Shown piece by piece: positions 55,884 through 64,000 of a stretch of DNA of 64,000 nucleotides. Positions within the stretch are counted from its first letter, which is position 1. Every line of letters starts with the position of its first letter. Source of the DNA: Eledone cirrhosa (lineage: Eukaryota); NCBI GenBank assembly GCA_964016885.1, contig OZ024743.1:311488001-311552000 (forward strand). Reading direction: 5' to 3'. The position numbers were made by a program, and so were the translations under genes. The notes beneath the pieces were generated by a model. That model was not told the origin of the DNA. It was given only the letters and a program-made list of their open reading frames with translations, and did no database searches.

Positions 55884-57390
55884 GAAAATTTAAGTAAGAA
55901 AAAAATTTTTTTTAAATTTTTTTAAAAAAATATTTTCTTATTTTACGTCCTTTATATTATTGTTCTGCATTCTCCTGCATTGAACCACCTAGGTACTATG
56001 ACATAACCTGTGTATTTGCTGGCATGGGCGTGCATCTGTGCGCTTATGTTAGTTGATATATTAAATTATCTATATTTATCTCCAAATCACTGATTTGTCG
56101 AGCAAACTTGTCAAAACCACTTCTAAAAAAGTTTTTTTTTTTGGGGTGTTAGTAGGCGTCAGTCATCTTACCATCCCATTCCTTCTAACTAGCCTCTGTG
56201 TCACGTGATTGATTCTTTAGAATCGGCCATTTGACTTGAAGCAGTGAGAATTTCGGTACATAGAATCCAGTCCTCGCAAGCTGTTCGATCTACCGAATTA
56301 TTATTATTTTTATATGAGCCGCCAGTGTCCGCGCATTGCCTGGAGACTTAACTGAGAATAGACTTCCTGATGACGCAATGAATTCTCGACAGTTGGATTA
56401 CGTAACTGTCTTTATCCCATTGCAGAAACTAATTAGTTGGAGTGAAAATTTAAGTAGGAAAAAAATTTTTTTTAAATTTTTTAAAAAAAATATTTTCTTA
56501 TTTTACGTCCTTTATATTATTGTTCTGCATTCTCCTGCATTGAACCACCTAGGTACTATGACATAACCTGTGTATTTGCTGGCATGGGCGTGCATCTGTG
56601 CGCTTATGTTAGTTGATATATTAAATTATCTATATTTATCTCCAAATCACTGATTTGTCGAGCAAATTTGTCAAAACCACTTCTAAAAAAATTTTTTTTG
56701 GGGTGTTAGTAGGCGTCAGTCATCTTACCATCCCATTCCTTCTAACTAGCCTCTGTGTCACGTGATTGATTCTTTAGAATCGGCCATTTGACTTGAAGCA
56801 GTGAGAATTTCGGTACATAGAATCCAGTCCTCGCAAGCTGTTCGATCTACCGAATTATTATTATTTTTATATGAGCCGCCAGTGTCCGCGCATTGCCTGG
56901 AGACTTAACTGAGAATAGACTTCCTGATGACGCAATGAATTCTCGACAGTTGGATTACGTAACTGTCTTTATCCCATTGCAGAAACTAATTAGTTGGAGT
57001 GAAAATTTAAGTAAGAAAAAAATTTTTTTTAAATTTTTTTAAAAAAATATTTTCTTATTTTACGTCCTTTATATATATATATATATATATATACATACAC
57101 TCATACATAGGCATATAATCACACATACTATATAGACACACATATATATACACACATACATACACATATACCTACACTTACATACATATATACATACAGA
57201 TATACACATACATACCTATATATACACACAAATACATACAGACATATATACATACATACAGACAAATACTTACGCATCTATATATCGGTATATACATACA
57301 AACACCACTACACTCTCACACAACTCAGACATACAAAGAAAAAGGTATATACCCATACACATATACATATACAAATAGAGAAACATATAC

Positions 57391-57447
<57 letters not shown>

Positions 57448-57663
57448 CATACATATACATATACACATACACACATACACATACAAACACATACATACAT
57501 GTACACACACATAGATATATATACACACACATACACACATACACATACATATATAGTCATACACACACATACACCTACACGAACATACACATACACATAT
57601 ACAAAGATATATATACACACACACACACACATACACACACACACATATATATAAAAAAAATAA

Positions 57664-57714
<51 letters not shown>

Positions 57715-58308
57715 CACATACATACACACATACATAGACATATATGTACATACATACATATACATAGATACATACACATACATACATACATATATATATA
57801 CACACATAGACATATACATACATACACACACAACATACATACACACATATATACTCATACATAGAATTAGATATATAAACATACATACATACGCACTTAC
57901 ATATACTCATATATACCAATACAAACGCATCCATATATGCGTATATACATAGAAACACCACTACACCCTCACCCAACTCAGATATACAAAGAAAAAGGCA
58001 TATACATATACATATATACACGCATTAATAGAGATATATATACACATATATATATATATATATATATATGTGTGTACACACATACACTTATATACATATA
58101 CCCACACACACATACAACCATAAATACACATACAAACACCCACATATATAAATATATACACATATATATATATATATACACACACATATATATTTTTTTA
58201 CACATATATATATACACATATATATACATATACACACCCTCACATATACACATACACATAAGTTATATTATAATAATAAATAATATATATATATATATAT
58301 ACACATAC

Positions 58309-58339
<31 letters not shown>

Positions 58340-58646
58340 CATATATATATATATACACACACACATATGAATATAGACATATAAACACACATAGATATAT
58401 ATACATACATATATACACATACATATACACACACACACATATACACATTCACATATACATGTGTGTGCATACACACATATATATACATACACACATATAC
58501 ACATAAACACATATATGTGTATACATGCACACACACACATATATCCACATAGATACGAAGATATATATATATAAATAGAGAGACATACATATATATACAC
58601 ACACACATATACATACATACACACACATATATATATATACATATAC

Positions 58647-58706
<60 letters not shown>

Positions 58707-60066
58707 AGACATACACATACACATACATATACACACATGCATATATACACACATATACACATACATACACACACATATATATATACACACAATCATACAT
58801 TCTTATTTGCATGCGCATATATGTATTTTTATATTCAGATATAAATACCCAAATATATATACACACCTACCTACATATATATTCATACATACACGCTTAC
58901 AAACACAGATGATAATAGTATGGGGGAAAGGGGGGGGGGGTGGAGAAGGGGATTATAGTAAATATATGTTTCAAGAAACATAGAATATTATCCGTATCTA
59001 GATCCAATGTATGTTTATACATAGTATCAGTGTTAGGAAATACAATAAACAAGGAATAAGGCAAAATTTATGCAATTCAAAATAAATAAGTATACCATTA
59101 ATTATATGTTAACTAAACTAAAGATAGTTAACATATTGATTTCTAAGGTGTAAATTAGTTAGGTTTATAATATTTGAAGCAGAATTTTGAAGTTAAATAG
59201 TAGTAGAGTATTAATTATAGTATAACTAAATTAAAGTTAATAACTTTATGGTATCAATATTAGGAAATGAATTTAGTAATAGGGAAAAAACAAATAAAGT
59301 ATTACATCGGTAGTAGAATATAAAATATAGGTTAATTAAATTAAAAATTATATATTTATTTCTATAGTATATGTTAATTAGGTATATAATAAATAAAACA
59401 GATATTGTATTTTATCAATAGCAGAATATAATTATATGCAAATAGAAATCAAAATTAATACATATACATATACATATACATACACATATATATATACACA
59501 TACATATACATATATATATACATATATACACATATACATACGCACATACATACACATACACATATACATATACATATTTTTTCAAAAATTGCAAAGAATA
59601 TATTAACTAGGTATAAATCCAAAACACATCCCATTCTATGATTAGATGACATTCTGCAATTCGTCTGTATAAGGATATTAATTTTAAGCCAATTAAATTA
59701 AATTTTTAGGTTGATTAAAATTAAAACCAAATTATAAATATATTTCTAAAATGTATATTAATTAGGTCTATATTACTAAAAATTATTTCTCTGTCATTGG
59801 ATACACTATATTTTGTTATATTTTATCTGTAAAAGAATTATAATAAAAAAAATTATAATAAAAGGTTTAAATAAATTAAAATTAATCTATAAATTAAAAT
59901 ACTAAGTATATATTAGTAATATTTAAAGGTTTTTCACAATTTATGATTACATAATATTTTATATTCTCATCTGTAATAGAATTTTAATTAAATTAAATTT
60001 ATAGGTTAACTAACATTTAAATTAAATTAATTTCTAAAATAATGTTATTAATTAGGTTTATAATAT

Positions 60067-61536
<1,470 letters not shown>

Positions 61537-61580
61537 GCATGTATGTATATATATTTATATATATATATATATATATATAT

Positions 61581-62426
61581 AAATATAAATTAGCGAGAAT
61601 CGTTTTCAGCTCAGGAATTAACGAAAATCAACGTCCGATATGTGTGGCAAGCGCTCAATGAATCATATGAATCAGAGCTACAACATACGTTAAGGGCCAA
61701 ACACACTGAGATGATGGTTAAACATATCATCCGCACAGCCAAAATCAAAACGACCAAGTAATTCGGGTCAAACAATAAAAATATATGTGTTGATACTTTC
61801 CCGGACCCTGGACTGATGGTAAAATCCAGTATTGGTTTCTGCGACTCCAAATCAGGTACTGTCCGCCTACATAAAGAATGTTGGGCTTCTGGTGAGATGA
61901 TGAACAAGGCAGTCGTGTTTTCAACGGGTTTTGCTCCAATATGCTATAGATAGTGTAGCTATTACTGACCCCTCGTGGGATTCAGCAAGGGAGGTAACAC
62001 CTCTATTAAGCGAATGATTCAGTTGTGTATTATTGCGAGAATGCAAAATATCACAAATCGAATTAAAGCTCTCAACAGAATGGTTAAATATAACAGAGCC
62101 ATTCAACAGTCAATATATGTAACTGAAAAAAATCAATAAAATTAACTGTTCAATAGCTAGACTCTGGAGATTAATACAAATATAAATTAGCGAGAATCGT
62201 TTTCAGCTCAGGAATTAACGAAAATCAACGTCCGATATGTGTGGCAAGCGCTCAATGAATCATATGAATCAGAGCTACAACATACGTTAAGGGCCAAACA
62301 CACTGAGATGATGGTTAAACATATCATCCGCACAGCCAAAATCAAAACGACCAAGTAATTCGGGTCAAACAATAAAAATATATGTGTTGATACTTTCCCG
62401 GACCCTGGACTGATGGTAAAATCCAG

Positions 62427-62429
<3 letters not shown>
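61581..62429. repeat. Essentially exact ~250-bp direct duplication (61581-61831 and 62178-62429), with (TA)n outside both copies
   Basis: Seen directly. Confidence 0.92.
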
Positions 62430-62467
<38 letters not shown>

Positions 62468-63035
62468 ACATGGCGGGGCTTCCACAACTTCCATCTAACA
62501 AGTTTTAAATGCAAGGTATTGGTCAAACAGTGGCTATAGCAGAAGCTGGCTGCAACATTAGCATCTAACGATTCTGCCGATCCATAAGAAACATAAAATA
62601 AAACGACGAAACTTGATTTAAAGTGTATTGGTTTGCAATTTTCTCCTGTTTTTAATACTAAGGATTTGATTAATTCCTTACTGTCATCGTGGAACAAAGA
62701 TGGTAACCCACAGCAAACTTGAATCGTTTCGTAACTTGACACGCATCACACTTCAATCTTTTCATAGCGGAATCTATGATAGGCTTCTATCTTTTCTTGG
62801 TGATATCCAATAATTTTTCTATTGGCCACACATCAATCACTAAGCCACTGTTTCTTTGGAAATGCCAAGCAAAAGCCCAGTACAAATCACATCAAATGTT
62901 TCAAAGTCATTATTTATTCTCTCAGTTTGGGAATTAGTTGAACAATTTATCAAGCTAACTGCGAGTTGAAACAACCAACAGCTCGACCACGATTTATAGT
63001 GGTCTCTTATGTAACATGAGCTCATAAATTTAAGA
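61585..63035 (-). pseudogene. Probable highly decayed BEL/Pao pol fragment (RNase H to integrase zinc finger)
   Basis: With frameshifts: TTINR.ELLVV.LAVSL (cf. TIPRLELxAAxLAxRL), PKKQW...VANR, SSLLW, and H...VGGQYL...RNQYWIL. Recognised by eye only. Confidence 0.45.
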
Positions 63036-63544
63036 GTAAGGTAGATTAAATTGAATCCGGTGTATTACTAATAGTTATTTTATCGACCGTAGAAAGACAT
63101 GGGGTTGCGTCAACCTCGTAAAATATTATGAAAAGTGTTTAGTCTAGCGCTCTACTGATTTCAACAACCGCACTCACTCTTACGCTCCATAAGGTGCATT
63201 GGCAGACTTGTTAAAGCATTCGACAAATGCGTTGTGGCATTTCTTATGGCTGTCAGCGTTCTGAGTTCAAATCCCATTCTGCTCAGTCATTTATCCAGTA
63301 CTTGGTCGATTTAATTGCTTACCTCCCTCTTCAAATTGCTGACCTTGTGCCTGAATCAAAGACCAACAATTGTGGAGTGACAGAATTGTTAGGGTGACAG
63401 GCACAATGACTTAGAGTATTTCGTTACGGCAGTTTGCTTGCTGAGTTCTACTTAGATTTTCATGCCCCAGAATCGATAATATAAGTATGGGATCGATCGA
63501 CAAGATCTTAAGCCTCATTTACATACAGAATGGGGTGGAACTTG

Positions 63545-64000
63545 TGGTGGTGTTGGTGCTGGTGGTGTGTTGTTGGTTGTGGTTGTGGTGCTAGTGGTGG
63601 TGGCGGTTGTGGTGCTGGTGCTGGTGGTGGTGGTGGTGGTGGTGGTGGTGCTAGTGGTGGTGGCAGTTGTGATTGTGGTGCTAGTGGTGGTGGTGGTGGG
63701 GCTAGTGGTAGTGGCGGTTGTGATTGTGGGGGTGTTGTTGGTGGTGGTTGTGTTGGTGGTTGTGGTGTTGGTGGTGGTGGTGGTTGTGGTTGTGGTGCTG
63801 GTGTTGGTGGTTGTGGTGCTAGTGGTGGTGGTGGTGTTGGTGGTTGTGGTGCTAGTGGTGGTGGTGGTGTTGGTGGTTGTGGTTGTGGTGCTAGTGGTGG
63901 TGTTGGTGGTTGTGATTGTGGTGTTAGTGGTGGTGTTGGTGGTTGTGGTGGTGGTGCCACTGGTAGTGGCGGTTGTGATTGTGGAGCTAGTGGTGACGTT
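63545..64000. repeat. (GGT)n-rich low-complexity repeat
   Basis: Seen directly. Confidence 0.93.

Larger units (their letters stand above)
52270..57072. mobile_element. Retrozyme-like array of ~557-bp hammerhead-containing units: ~6.1 copies, then ~2.5 inverted copies
   Basis: Units start at ~52270, 52829, 53387, 53944, 54502, 55059 and 55620. Orientation flips at ~55683. (TA)n on both sides. One HHR per unit. Confidence 0.85.

Noticed and set aside
52897-56566. Repeated 76-aa ORF MPGDLTEN...
   Set aside because: It has a non-ATG start, is open only in B-variant units, runs through A/T homopolymers and overlaps the ribozyme.
61585-61660. [20 protein letters not shown] resembles a trypsin-family segment
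   Set aside because: It stops immediately and has no catalytic H/D/S motifs nearby.
63508-63960. Proline-rich 150-aa ORF
   Set aside because: It is explained by the (GGT)n repeat, and there is no other coding evidence.

Overview
This is AT-rich, microsatellite-dense animal genomic DNA. The SINE families and (TA)n/(CA)n content suggest an invertebrate, probably a cephalopod or other mollusc (inference). I found no convincing host gene; nearly everything interpretable is mobile DNA or repeats. Main contents: (1) a head-to-tail stack of L1/Tx1-type LINEs in an (AAT)n tract (0.4-9.2 kb) and a related copy at 43.7-49.0 kb; (2) three Penelope-like GIY-YIG elements with hammerhead-ribozyme (HHR) motifs at their ends; (3) a nest of DNA transposons, a LINE and a Helitron about six levels deep (42.1-50.5 kb); (4) RTE, CRE and probable BEL/Pao fossils, plus many tRNA-type SINEs. 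The most interesting object is a 4.8-kb array at 52.3-57.1 kb. It consists of near-identical ~557-bp non-coding units, each with an intact type I hammerhead, alternating strictly between two variants and flipping orientation once. It sits inside the 3' region of a Penelope element and looks like a retrozyme copied from a dimeric circular RNA. All family calls come from reading motifs by eye; no database searches were run.
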